Positions 23,775 through 33,681 of a stretch of DNA of 34,847 nt are shown one piece after another. Below the pieces are notes generated by a model, which saw nothing but the letters and a program-made list of their open reading frames with translations, was not told where the DNA came from and made no database searches. Origin of the DNA: a virus (lineage: Duplodnaviria; Caudoviricetes); IMG/VR virus record IMGVR_UViG_3300038673_000693, positions 1 through 34,847 of that record. The stretch is one strand, 5' to 3'. A program made the translations under genes and the position numbers. How positions within the stretch are numbered: position 1 is the first letter of the stretch; each line of letters begins with the position of its first letter.

Positions 23775-26233
23775 CAATCAGGTCAACAGTAAAAAAGGTA
23801 GATAGATATGGTATACAAGGCAGTACTTCTTTTGATCCTAAACATCCGAATGCTAATATAGCTTTATACAGAGAACTGGAAAGCTTTTTAAGCGGTGATT
23901 ATGGTCTTGGAGGTTCCGGTGGGCAACGTGCGAATATGATTAAAGACCCGCGCGGTTATCAGGCAAGTCATGTTTTTAATACTCCAAGTGAACGCGATGC
24001 TGTTATTGAACGGCTTCAAAAACAATTAGAGGAATTTTACCCGTCAAAAATAGGTAAACAGGCAAAAGCTGCTGGTATGTCTTCTGCTGACTTTTTGCGC
24101 TCACAAGGGATACAGCCTATTCAATATCAACCAGACGATTTTATTCTGGCTTCACAGAATCCTCTGCGAAGTTCTGTAGAGAAAAAGATTAAAGCTTTTA
24201 TGTCAATGGCAGGTAACACGCAATCTATTTCTGGCGGTACAGGAGAACACAGGAGACATACAGGATATTATAGACCTAACGATTTAAAACACGTCAGGTC
24301 TATGTTGAATACAGAAGCAAGAAAATTAAGAGAAGGGACAGGTAACCTTGGTGAAATGGAAGGGTTATACCTGCCTGCTTCACAAAAGCTGGAAGCCAGA
24401 ACTGCTCAAAATATATTTAAAAACGGTTTAACTGAAGATTTATTAAATAATGAAAAACATCCTGTAGTAGAAAAGATACGAAGTGACATGCTGAAACAAC
24501 ATGCTATGACCCAGTTAAAATCTAAGGTTGAGCAAGGGTTAAAAGATGAAGGTCTGCTTCCACAGGATGAAGAGAAGAAGGAAAAAAAATCAGGCAGGAC
24601 TATAGCTTCAAAAGCAATGGAAGCTGCAGCGATAGTAACAAATAAAATACTTAATGTTGCCGGTGATTTAAAATCTTTATTCACTGCTGCTGTCGGTTAT
24701 CTGCAGAGTATCGCCTCTGAGATTGGAGGATTAAAACAGGATTCTGCTACTTTAGCTTTACCCATGAAAGATGTACTTACTGAAAAATATATGGGGAAAT
24801 TTAATAAAGCCTATGCTGCAAATGAAAATGTTTTTGTTGATTCGTTAAGGTCAACTCTTAATGTCACTGCTAACCCATCAAGACTATCGAGTATTAAATG
24901 GGATGACGCTGTTCTGCACGGGCAAGCAGGTCTTATTCGTCCTATTGTTGATGCAGCAGTAGACGGTAAGATTAACCCTAAAGAGACAAGAAATAAAATT
25001 TTTAACAAGCTCGCTGCAGCATATTTTAATCCTAAATTGAAAGAAAAAGAACGGAGACAATTAAGAGCAAACCAAATGCTGGCACTTGAATCAATATTTG
25101 ATTCATCAATGTCTAATGCGTATCAGGCTACCACAGATATAGCTACAGCGTATGGCTTAGGAAAAAACAGATATGATGTAATGGGTGGAATGTATAATTT
25201 AGTTAATAATAATATGACTAAATCGACTATATATGAATCCCTTGGACTGACAAAAGAAAGTGGCTTAGGCTCAGAAAAAAATATAAAAGCTTTGAATGAT
25301 TTTACTGCATCTATTACAGCGCTTGAAGAAGCGATCAAAAAATTTACAATGGTACATTTTGATGACATTGCACGAGCAATGCAGGAACTTGCTCTTGCAC
25401 TCCTCAAATTTCTTGCTTGGTTTGACAAAGATGGAACCGCTGCTAAACTAGCAGATGTTCTGGAAAGAAGAATGAAGTTTACAGCAAAAGATGACCGTAA
25501 AGAATTAACACGCAATATGACTATAATAGATCGTGCTCTGCGTAGAGAATTAGAAAAAGCAAGATACACAGGTACTGCAGCAGAAGAGATTATAAATGAA
25601 GGGATAGCTGCTAACACTCCAGAGGAAATAATGGAGCGTTTATTACAGCGTAAAGGGAGCCCAAAAGAATTTAATGAAGAAGCAATACGAAGAATATTTA
25701 TTTTAAGTGCTAAAAATAGAAAAATGCACAAAGAACTTTTACGCTTTGACCTTGCTGATCCAAATGATAAAACTTCCATTGATTCGTATGACCTTGAAAA
25801 TGAGGGAGATAATAATTCTAATGAAAATATAGTACTATATAATTATCTTAAAAATAAAGCTGCGGTGCAACCAGGTGAACTTAAAAATCTGATTAAAGAC
25901 GTAGGAGAAATAAAAGACAGAGATTTAATACAAAAATCAAAAGCTCCTTTATCTGATGAACAGCTTAGAAAACAAAGGACAGATAGGTACAAAAAGAGCT
26001 ATCAGATAAATCAAGCTCCTCGTCTATTTGAACTTGACCCTCTAATGAAACATACTTTTCTGAGTAGAGCATTGTCTTCTGCAGGTTCTTTTCTAAACGG
26101 AGGAGCACAGGACAAACAGACTATCGCTGTTGATAATACAGTAAGATTGATTATAAAAGATAAAGAGATTATCTTGAGAAATGATAACGCTACAAATGAT
26201 AAAAAGAATATATTTTACGCAGAGATAGGCTAA
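23771..26233 (+). CDS. Tape measure protein
   Basis: 820 aa, helical and Ala/Lys-rich, after the chaperone; GAGG RBS and ATGA overlap. Confidence 0.75.
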   Translation: MTIRSTVKKVDRYGIQGSTSFDPKHPNANIALYRELESFLSGDYGLGGSGGQRANMIKDPRGYQASHVFNTPSERDAVIERLQKQLEEFYPSKIGKQAKAAGMSSADFLRSQGIQPIQYQPDDFILASQNPLRSSVEKKIKAFMSMAGNTQSISGGTGEHRRHTGYYRPNDLKHVRSMLNTEARKLREGTGNLGEMEGLYLPASQKLEARTAQNIFKNGLTEDLLNNEKHPVVEKIRSDMLKQHAMTQLKSKVEQGLKDEGLLPQDEEKKEKKSGRTIASKAMEAAAIVTNKILNVAGDLKSLFTAAVGYLQSIASEIGGLKQDSATLALPMKDVLTEKYMGKFNKAYAANENVFVDSLRSTLNVTANPSRLSSIKWDDAVLHGQAGLIRPIVDAAVDGKINPKETRNKIFNKLAAAYFNPKLKEKERRQLRANQMLALESIFDSSMSNAYQATTDIATAYGLGKNRYDVMGGMYNLVNNNMTKSTIYESLGLTKESGLGSEKNIKALNDFTASITALEEAIKKFTMVHFDDIARAMQELALALLKFLAWFDKDGTAAKLADVLERRMKFTAKDDRKELTRNMTIIDRALRRELEKARYTGTAAEEIINEGIAANTPEEIMERLLQRKGSPKEFNEEAIRRIFILSAKNRKMHKELLRFDLADPNDKTSIDSYDLENEGDNNSNENIVLYNYLKNKAAVQPGELKNLIKDVGEIKDRDLIQKSKAPLSDEQLRKQRTDRYKKSYQINQAPRLFELDPLMKHTFLSRALSSAGSFLNGGAQDKQTIAVDNTVRLIIKDKEIILRNDNATNDKKNIFYAEIG

Positions 26234-26248
26234 CATAAGGAGAGTCCA

Positions 26249-27274
26249 ATGGGTGGTGTATTTAATAATAGATATGATGCAGGAGAGAAGCCCTATAGTC
26301 CTCTTGTACCTGTAGAACTTTCCGGGAGCAAGAATAATGCTATAATATTACCAACAGTTCTTCGGGTTACTTCTGAAGAGATTAACTACTGGACTAATAT
26401 GACCTGTCTTTATGATAAACAGTGGGTCTTTAATCCTAAGCTGTCCACTGTGCCGTTGTGTTTTTTTCATATTATCTCCATGCGAGAACTTACAATGGCG
26501 AGTATGGCAGAGAAACGTGTTATTGTCTATCAGGCTCCACAGGGCTCAGGCGGAATAGCAGGAAGCAGAATACAATCTCCTGCTTACAGACCTAACCTTG
26601 AAGTAATTACAGATAATATAGTTGTACAGCCTAAGCAATATCAGATGGAAGTTATTATTCCTGATACTTTAATCGGTCCTTTTATTGAACAGGGTATCGC
26701 CAGACTTTCTGCAATGGTAGACTTTATGAGTAAAGTTGACCTTGTGTCTGAAGGCGTGTCTTCTACAATCGAGTCCGGGATGAAACTTATGCAGACCGCT
26801 TTTGATACAGTGAACACTGCAGCAAAGGTTGCTGATAAGGTTCTGGGTGCAATGGAGACAGGTTCAACACAGATAGCAACGATAAATAAAAATTCTATTG
26901 AAGCAATGATTGGAAGCGGACATGTCTTGTGCTTTAAAAACTGGACAGGATATAACTATAGTTATGGTGTTCTTACTAATCTGGACATAACAAAGAGACC
27001 GACTGAAGACGGGGTATTTAGAGGTTCGTTAACTTTTCAGGAAGCTCCTGTCCTAAATATCAGCCAAGCTGATACAAGTAAAAAACTTACAGGATGGTCT
27101 GCGATTGCTGCTAATGTAAGCTACAATGCAACACAGGCAGCAAGATATGTTAACCTTGCCTTAGCACTGCCATTTATGAAACTGACCGGAGTAGTTGATG
27201 AAGCAGGAGCTCCTGGTACATCGACCAACGAAAAAACCGGATGGCTTGATTTACCAATGCTTAAAATGTTTTAG
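26249..27274 (+). CDS. Baseplate tube-initiator/Dit-like protein (positional call)
   Basis: 341 aa after the tape measure gene; LTNLDITK...GSLTFQE strands. Confidence 0.6.
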   Translation: MGGVFNNRYDAGEKPYSPLVPVELSGSKNNAIILPTVLRVTSEEINYWTNMTCLYDKQWVFNPKLSTVPLCFFHIISMRELTMASMAEKRVIVYQAPQGSGGIAGSRIQSPAYRPNLEVITDNIVVQPKQYQMEVIIPDTLIGPFIEQGIARLSAMVDFMSKVDLVSEGVSSTIESGMKLMQTAFDTVNTAAKVADKVLGAMETGSTQIATINKNSIEAMIGSGHVLCFKNWTGYNYSYGVLTNLDITKRPTEDGVFRGSLTFQEAPVLNISQADTSKKLTGWSAIAANVSYNATQAARYVNLALALPFMKLTGVVDEAGAPGTSTNEKTGWLDLPMLKMF

Positions 27275-27286
27275 GGAGAAAATAGA

Positions 27287-27601
27287 ATGGATATCAGTTT
27301 AAAACAAACTCAATTTATCGACGGAAGATATTCTTTTAATTTTGGGCTGAATAAAACAGCAACTTTTATCGTGGTTAATGAATCTTTTCATGGTAATAAT
27401 AATCTTGGTGTTGTGAACAGAGTCAATATTTTTATTGAGTCTTTCTCTGCTGATGGTACTAAACTGTCCGGTAATTTTTCTACTTCTATTATCGGAGTCG
27501 GAGATTCTTTTGCTGGCATAATGTCCGATGACACCACATTGAATGGTAAGCTGTTAACATGGGATAATCTTGAACAGTGTGTGATTAGACTGTATGAATG
27601 A
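27287..27601 (+). CDS. Small baseplate protein (positional call)
   Basis: 104 aa, GGAG RBS. Confidence 0.55.
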   Translation: MDISLKQTQFIDGRYSFNFGLNKTATFIVVNESFHGNNNLGVVNRVNIFIESFSADGTKLSGNFSTSIIGVGDSFAGIMSDDTTLNGKLLTWDNLEQCVIRLYE

Positions 27602-30344
27602 TAAGATATTTAACAGTTCTGATTTAGGTGATCCTGCAGGTAAACATATAGGTTTATTTGACCGTATCATCAATATCAAATTTATACGTGCGGACGGGAC
27701 TACATTTACATTACGTTCTGACTACGAGCCTGTTTGGGCAGGTGACCGATTGTTTTTTAAACCCTGCCAGCCGAAACCGGATATTCGTTTAAGCTATAAG
27801 CAATATCAAGGTGTTCTAATTCAGGCAGATGTTTTTGTTACTAATCTTAATATTCTGGATGACGTAGCAATAGATGCCGAATCTCTTATCTCTGATAAAG
27901 GAATAACCACTTCTCCGCATATACAGGGAGAATATACTAACCTTCCTAATGACACTCTAATCGCAAAAGGCAATAAGCATATTAAAGAACTTGAGGTAGA
28001 GATAGGCTACAGGGGGCAGATGTTTGACTGGACTAAATATAACAGTTCTTTTGTCTCTCCTGAAGTTGCTTATGCTGCCTTTCAAAATCTGGAACAGTTG
28101 CAACTTACAAATTTAATTGATCAAAATGATAATCTGGCAGCTACAGAATTAGCAAATACTCAACTATTGTTTCAGGCTTACCGCAGGTGTAAAATTACAA
28201 TCGAATGGGCAGTAAACACGAGTAACCCACCTGACAGAATAACACAGTTTCATGGTTATGTAGGTGCCCCGGATAAAGGGTTTGCTCCTCTTGCCTTTCA
28301 AACTCTTGGTGATCCGACAGGAAAGGCAGGAGGCACAGAAATTCTTCTTACGAAAGAAGATATTTTAAATGAAGTAGATGATAAAAGTACTCCGGTGGAT
28401 TTAGTTAAATCTGAAGAAAACAGTTTTTGGAATACGTTTGTTCAGACAGGTGGAAGTTACGTCCATAGAAATTTATTTAATGGTGGTAAAGCTTTTACAC
28501 TACTGGAAGCATTTTGTTTTCATGCAGTGACAAGACGTTTTATAAGGTCAAACGTCACGATGAAAAGAAATTCTCTGTTAGAACAGGCTGCCTTGGAATA
28601 CAGTCAGGAAGTACAGAAGAATCCTGAGACATTAGAAACTGTGACTGCATATCAGGAAAATATAATGCAGTCGATTTATCGTGAAGAGCGGGCATCTAAT
28701 TCTGCTTATTTTACTGATGCTGTAGATAAAGAAGGCAATAAAATCATCGCTTTAACCAATCTTGCTCCTGCATCGTATGTTAAGTCTTTAAATAAAAAAG
28801 CTGCTTCAATAATAGCAGAGCAGAACATAGGACCAAGATTCACAATAAAAAATCTACCTGAGTATCGTGTTCTATATAAAAAGATAAGAAACAAATTAGC
28901 AGAGGCAGCTTTAAAACAGCAGTATATGTCATGGTGGGCTGCAGCGTTAGATCTGAAACCTGAACCGGTTTCGATGAGTACTTTAACTTACGCTCCTATT
29001 AGCAGTAATATTGAAGCTGTACGTAACTATACTTTAGACCTTCAGTCCGGGCAGCTTAACGACGTAGATTGTTATTTTGATACTTTGCTTGGAAAAGAAT
29101 GGATTGTTCCTGTTCAGACCATGCTTAATGCTACACCTGCAAAAAATTATCAGGGGCTTCCTATTCAGGTAAAAGCTCCAACTAAAACAGATGATACAGG
29201 GTTTAGTTCTCCCGGTCGTCTGCAGTCTATAAATTGTTTCACAGGTTTATTTGAAGTAAGAGATGCCTATATGTTTGGAGTTCCTGTACTTTGTTCAGAT
29301 AAAGCTTCAGAGATTTTTCGGGATGCTCATAGAGACAGATCAACTGTGCAGATGCAGTTTTTTTCTGACTGCAGAAGCCAGATTGAATGGATTTGTAAGA
29401 CATGGAGTCTTTACTGTTACAAACTACATAACGGAGGATATTATCTTTATGCTCCTACAGAAAATGCAAAAATGCTGGTCTCTCAAACTTTTATAGTTGA
29501 GCAAAGTAAAAAACCATTCAGGATACCTGCGATTTATGATTTTACATTGTCACCAATACGGTCTATCAGAATGCCTTTTGTAGGATTTCTTGATCCTTGT
29601 ACAGTAGTTGAATGGAACTCAAGTTCTGTTATCGGAATGCTTGTAAGTTTTTACTACCAACCGGAAAAAGGAAAAAATCTATTCAGCATAGTGAGCAATG
29701 AAATTGATTTCAGCACTGTTGGTGATTTCAATACAATGACAATGGAAGTGACTGATGTTCCTTATACGGAACCTGAGAAGATAGAGAAATCTGTCTTTAA
29801 TACAGTTCAGAAGAATTATTACAGAGATGTTATTATAATTCCCGATGAAGAAATGAACTCGTGGAAAAAAGTTCATGATAGCATAGTAACAAAGATACCT
29901 GTTAAGATGCTTCCGTTATGGGAAACTGATAGTGAAGATATCAACATGAAACCTACAAAGGATGGTCGTGTTTCCAACTTTCAGTTTTTCAGACAGATGT
30001 ATAATTGGAACAAAAGTCTTTTTGGTCTTGCGAACGGCAGTAATACAGGCTTCAGTTTTGATGACAGCAAGCAAAGAATTGACAGTGAGGCAGACGGTTT
30101 GTACGCAGGAACTAAACCTGAAATGGAGCCTGTTACAGTTATTCCGCATTTCCCCGTGATAAATTATTGTATGGATAAGTTGACAGATGCTTCTTTAAAA
30201 CGAATTTATATGCGAATACCTATAATGCCTCACGATACAGAAATGGAAAACATAGATAGTGAACGTGTGGTAGTTTATCGAAATGGAGTCTGGTCTCTTC
30301 AACTAAAAACGGATGTGGCTGATTATAAGATAGGAGCTTTTTAA
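27594..30344 (+). CDS. Baseplate hub protein, enlarged (positional call)
   Basis: 916 aa; ADVFVTNL and ELEVEIGY segments resemble hub N-termini; precedes the spike gene. Confidence 0.6.
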   Translation: MNDKIFNSSDLGDPAGKHIGLFDRIINIKFIRADGTTFTLRSDYEPVWAGDRLFFKPCQPKPDIRLSYKQYQGVLIQADVFVTNLNILDDVAIDAESLISDKGITTSPHIQGEYTNLPNDTLIAKGNKHIKELEVEIGYRGQMFDWTKYNSSFVSPEVAYAAFQNLEQLQLTNLIDQNDNLAATELANTQLLFQAYRRCKITIEWAVNTSNPPDRITQFHGYVGAPDKGFAPLAFQTLGDPTGKAGGTEILLTKEDILNEVDDKSTPVDLVKSEENSFWNTFVQTGGSYVHRNLFNGGKAFTLLEAFCFHAVTRRFIRSNVTMKRNSLLEQAALEYSQEVQKNPETLETVTAYQENIMQSIYREERASNSAYFTDAVDKEGNKIIALTNLAPASYVKSLNKKAASIIAEQNIGPRFTIKNLPEYRVLYKKIRNKLAEAALKQQYMSWWAAALDLKPEPVSMSTLTYAPISSNIEAVRNYTLDLQSGQLNDVDCYFDTLLGKEWIVPVQTMLNATPAKNYQGLPIQVKAPTKTDDTGFSSPGRLQSINCFTGLFEVRDAYMFGVPVLCSDKASEIFRDAHRDRSTVQMQFFSDCRSQIEWICKTWSLYCYKLHNGGYYLYAPTENAKMLVSQTFIVEQSKKPFRIPAIYDFTLSPIRSIRMPFVGFLDPCTVVEWNSSSVIGMLVSFYYQPEKGKNLFSIVSNEIDFSTVGDFNTMTMEVTDVPYTEPEKIEKSVFNTVQKNYYRDVIIIPDEEMNSWKKVHDSIVTKIPVKMLPLWETDSEDINMKPTKDGRVSNFQFFRQMYNWNKSLFGLANGSNTGFSFDDSKQRIDSEADGLYAGTKPEMEPVTVIPHFPVINYCMDKLTDASLKRIYMRIPIMPHDTEMENIDSERVVVYRNGVWSLQLKTDVADYKIGAF

Positions 30345-30346
30345 CA

Positions 30347-31441
30347 ATGGATGCTTTTGAAAAGAGTAAATATAGTGAAGCTGCTTTTTTTAAACTGATG
30401 CTTTCAAATTCTATCATAGTTTCTTATGGAACTATAACAGCGATTGATTTAGACAGTGTAGAAGTAGCCTTGTCAGTCAGCAATAAAAATTTTGCTGAGA
30501 AGATTAACTGTACATTTATGCAGCTTGGTAATGAACAGTTTTCTCTGTCTTTCAGGCCGGAGATTGGCATGAGGGTAGTGGTGTTCTCACCGCATAAAGG
30601 TACTCCTGGAATGTATGATTCCGCTGCCCAATTAAAAGCAAAGACAGGAAAAAATTTTATCAGTACAGGAGCACCAGCTATATATAGTTCTCAACAGGCT
30701 TTTTGTTTTCCTCTGATGAAAGCAACTTCTTCTGCCTTAAGCTCATTACTGGTAGATAATAATATTCTGACTCTTGAAGTTGCTCATTCTTTAATAACGT
30801 CTATAAACGGGGATATAAATTTACTTATCAATAAAGACACAGTAATTGAATTTAATGAAGGTACTAAACACGTAAAGAACTGTGAAGGCAGTCTGGAAGA
30901 AACCTTCGGGGTAGTTCAGGGAATCGGGGGAGCAGAGAAAGAAGGAGACTTTATTTACAAGGAGACCTACGGGAAGTTTTCTTCTGTGGAAAAGAACTAT
31001 GAAAGCGGTCTTAAAGTAACAGTAGGCAAGGCTTATGAGAAACCGTTTCTTACAGATAAAGGAGCCTTTCTTGACTCAAGTGCCCCGGTGACAATGGAGT
31101 TTGGAACAGGAGCACCTGTTACACTACAACACGGGGCTCCTCTTACTTTGGCTTTCGGTGAAGGGGTGATGACTATTACATTGGACGAGGAGAATGGTCT
31201 TGATATTGCTCTTACCGGCAGCACAAAGGTTAATATTTCCGCAGCTACAGGAAAATTCAATATAAGTAATTCAACAGGTTCTTTGAAAGCTATTCTGGAT
31301 AAGGTAGCGGACCTGTTTACCAATATGACAACAATCGGTCCGAACGTAGTGCCGGGAGCACCGTACACTGCAGGAGCTACTCCTGCGACTACGGCACTTG
31401 CAACAGAGTTAAAAACTTTAGTAGCCGGGCTACTTGAATAA
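30347..31441 (+). CDS. Baseplate central spike (gpV/gp138-like)
   Basis: OB-fold-like N-terminus (FRPEIGMRVVVF) followed by short beta-strand repeats. Confidence 0.65.
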   Translation: MDAFEKSKYSEAAFFKLMLSNSIIVSYGTITAIDLDSVEVALSVSNKNFAEKINCTFMQLGNEQFSLSFRPEIGMRVVVFSPHKGTPGMYDSAAQLKAKTGKNFISTGAPAIYSSQQAFCFPLMKATSSALSSLLVDNNILTLEVAHSLITSINGDINLLINKDTVIEFNEGTKHVKNCEGSLEETFGVVQGIGGAEKEGDFIYKETYGKFSSVEKNYESGLKVTVGKAYEKPFLTDKGAFLDSSAPVTMEFGTGAPVTLQHGAPLTLAFGEGVMTITLDEENGLDIALTGSTKVNISAATGKFNISNSTGSLKAILDKVADLFTNMTTIGPNVVPGAPYTAGATPATTALATELKTLVAGLLE

Positions 31442-31486
31442 ATATTTCCTGCTTGACATAAAAATTAAAGGTCGGTAAAAGAAATT

Positions 31487-32731
31487 ATGGCAGATATTAA
31501 CAGTTCATTAGATGAAATTTTAACAGAGCTTGGTGATACTTTCGATGCTGATATAGCAGCATCACAACGAAAGATTGTGCGCTCTACAGCAAACAAGATA
31601 TGGCTTATGCTCAGGGCTTTTGCGAGAGGTCTGTACGGTGTTTATCAGGTTGTAGCTGCGCTTCGCTATCGCTTTGATCCATTGTACTGTACTGATGAAG
31701 AACTTGAATCTACTATGCGGATTACAGGGACTACTCGCAGACCGGGTAAAACAAGTCTTCTTACTGTAGTTATATGGAATAACCATGTTACCGAGGAAAG
31801 GGTGCTCCTGGCCGGTGTTTACACTTATGTCTCAAGCAACGGTACCTCTTTCACTCTTGACCTGCAGGATGATCTAACTATACCTGCCAACTCATTTATG
31901 AAAAGAGACTTCTTTTCAAGCTTAGGCGGCGCACCTTATATCGGTTCTTTTCCTGTTTCTGAAAACAGTGATATCACTGTTACTCCTGCGGATGGAATAG
32001 TTATAGACCCGGAGTTGTCTTTTGACTGCGAGAATAATGAAGCTCAACTTGGATACCCGGAAGAAACATTATACGAGGTAAGACAAAGATTACTTACAGA
32101 TAACCAGAGACAGGAAATTCTTCATATCCTTGAAGAAAGATTAAGAGACCTTCCGAATATATATGAATGTACAGTGATAGGAAATAATGGCCTTACTCCT
32201 ATAAGTTCTCCGTATCTTAAAGATGACGGACTTACTTATGTTCCTATTCTGCCCCAGTCTGTAATGGTCATCTTAACAGGGTCTCCTACTTCTGATTTTG
32301 CTCTGCAGTTCCTTTCCCTTTGCCCTTTTGTTACAACAATACCGGAAGGAGTTGCCGATTACGGTTCTGTGTACTATGCTTCTGATATCTATGTTGACGG
32401 TCATTTTCCTGTTCATTATCTTAAGCACAGAATTGAATTGTTTGATATAGTTATTAAATATGGTTATTCTTCACGACATGTGGCTACGATATCTGTGGAG
32501 AGTGCTTTAAGAGAACTTCTTCTCCCGTTAAAAGCTTCAACCAGGTTTAAAGAGCTAATCAGTACAGAGGATGTATCTGCCCTGCTTTCTGAGTACCAGA
32601 ACCCTTCTGTTAAAATTCTTTCCATAAGTTTTACTTATGGCGGTACATCAGTAAACTATATAAGATTTAACAAGACACAAATAGCAAGGCTTAATAATAT
32701 CAGTTTTCAGCAGGTAAACCTGTGGACATAA
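31487..32731 (+). CDS. Baseplate J-like wedge protein
   Basis: FDPLYCTDEELE...ITGTTRRPG and GYPEETLYEVRQRL motifs; 414 aa. Confidence 0.85.
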   Translation: MADINSSLDEILTELGDTFDADIAASQRKIVRSTANKIWLMLRAFARGLYGVYQVVAALRYRFDPLYCTDEELESTMRITGTTRRPGKTSLLTVVIWNNHVTEERVLLAGVYTYVSSNGTSFTLDLQDDLTIPANSFMKRDFFSSLGGAPYIGSFPVSENSDITVTPADGIVIDPELSFDCENNEAQLGYPEETLYEVRQRLLTDNQRQEILHILEERLRDLPNIYECTVIGNNGLTPISSPYLKDDGLTYVPILPQSVMVILTGSPTSDFALQFLSLCPFVTTIPEGVADYGSVYYASDIYVDGHFPVHYLKHRIELFDIVIKYGYSSRHVATISVESALRELLLPLKASTRFKELISTEDVSALLSEYQNPSVKILSISFTYGGTSVNYIRFNKTQIARLNNISFQQVNLWT

Positions 32732-33681
32732 GCAAAGCATTCTTCAGGTATATAAGAGGTGAACTTCTTAACGGTTTCTATGTCAGAAAGTTGAATCTGC
32801 TTGCCAACGGTCTTGTCTCTATGTCGCATTTAAAGAATGAACTTCTTTACTGGATGAACTTTCAGTTCGATACACAGGCTGAAAGGTATCCGATAAGACA
32901 TGATGACCTGAAAGGTATCGCTCAAGTAGCTGGCATACTCTCTGTCAGGGGAGCTACAGGCTTTCTTCCCGGATGGTTCAGGCTTTCTGAGAATTATATT
33001 ATCGCAGGGAAGAACAGGTCAGAAAGAGGACTTTTAAATCAGGAAACCGGTGAGCTTGAGTATGTAAGAACTGTACTTGATGATTATCCTGATGATATTT
33101 CTACGATTGCGACAGATGGACTGAGGATGGCTCTTATTCCTGAAGGAGCAGAACCTATTGGTTATGTCTGGGGTGATGCAGCAGAAGTAATGCTTGAATC
33201 CGGTAAGGTAGATGAAGACATGCTGCATGAGTTTCCTCCTGACGGTTATGTTCTGGACCCTGTAACGAACAGGTATTACTGGCCTTTTGATTATACAACT
33301 AATCCTCCTCCGATTTATGCAGCGTGGTATGGAGATAAGTATCTTCCTCTGGCGCAGTCCTATCCTTTGATTATTACTCTTCCTGATATGCTTTTTGAAG
33401 ATTTGATTGAAATGCAGCAGAGGATAAAATACAATGGTCTTGGTATAGTCTACCTTCTTGAGATTACTAAAGCAATAATCCCTGACCTTATTTACGATTT
33501 AAAGCTTGAACTGCTTGACGCTTTTGAAGGTACTGGGACACACACATGGTATTATAAACTGACGTTTTCAAGAATAGAAGAGAACTTCGGTATCAATGAC
33601 GGATGGGGAAGATTTTCTGCGTGGAAGTATTTTGTAGAAAGCAAGTATCCTTTTATTCAATTTAATGAGGCAGGTGCATAA
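32722..33681 (+). CDS. Baseplate wedge protein (gpI/gp48-like, positional call)
   Basis: Follows the J-like gene; DDLKGIAQVAGI segment; GTG start overlapping J. Confidence 0.6.
   Translation: MDISKAFFRYIRGELLNGFYVRKLNLLANGLVSMSHLKNELLYWMNFQFDTQAERYPIRHDDLKGIAQVAGILSVRGATGFLPGWFRLSENYIIAGKNRSERGLLNQETGELEYVRTVLDDYPDDISTIATDGLRMALIPEGAEPIGYVWGDAAEVMLESGKVDEDMLHEFPPDGYVLDPVTNRYYWPFDYTTNPPPIYAAWYGDKYLPLAQSYPLIITLPDMLFEDLIEMQQRIKYNGLGIVYLLEITKAIIPDLIYDLKLELLDAFEGTGTHTWYYKLTFSRIEENFGINDGWGRFSAWKYFVESKYPFIQFNEAGA

Noticed and set aside
25123-25779. 218-aa antisense ORF in the tape measure gene
   Set aside because: Ser/Leu/Ile-rich codon shadow of a charged helical protein; no motif and no RBS seen.
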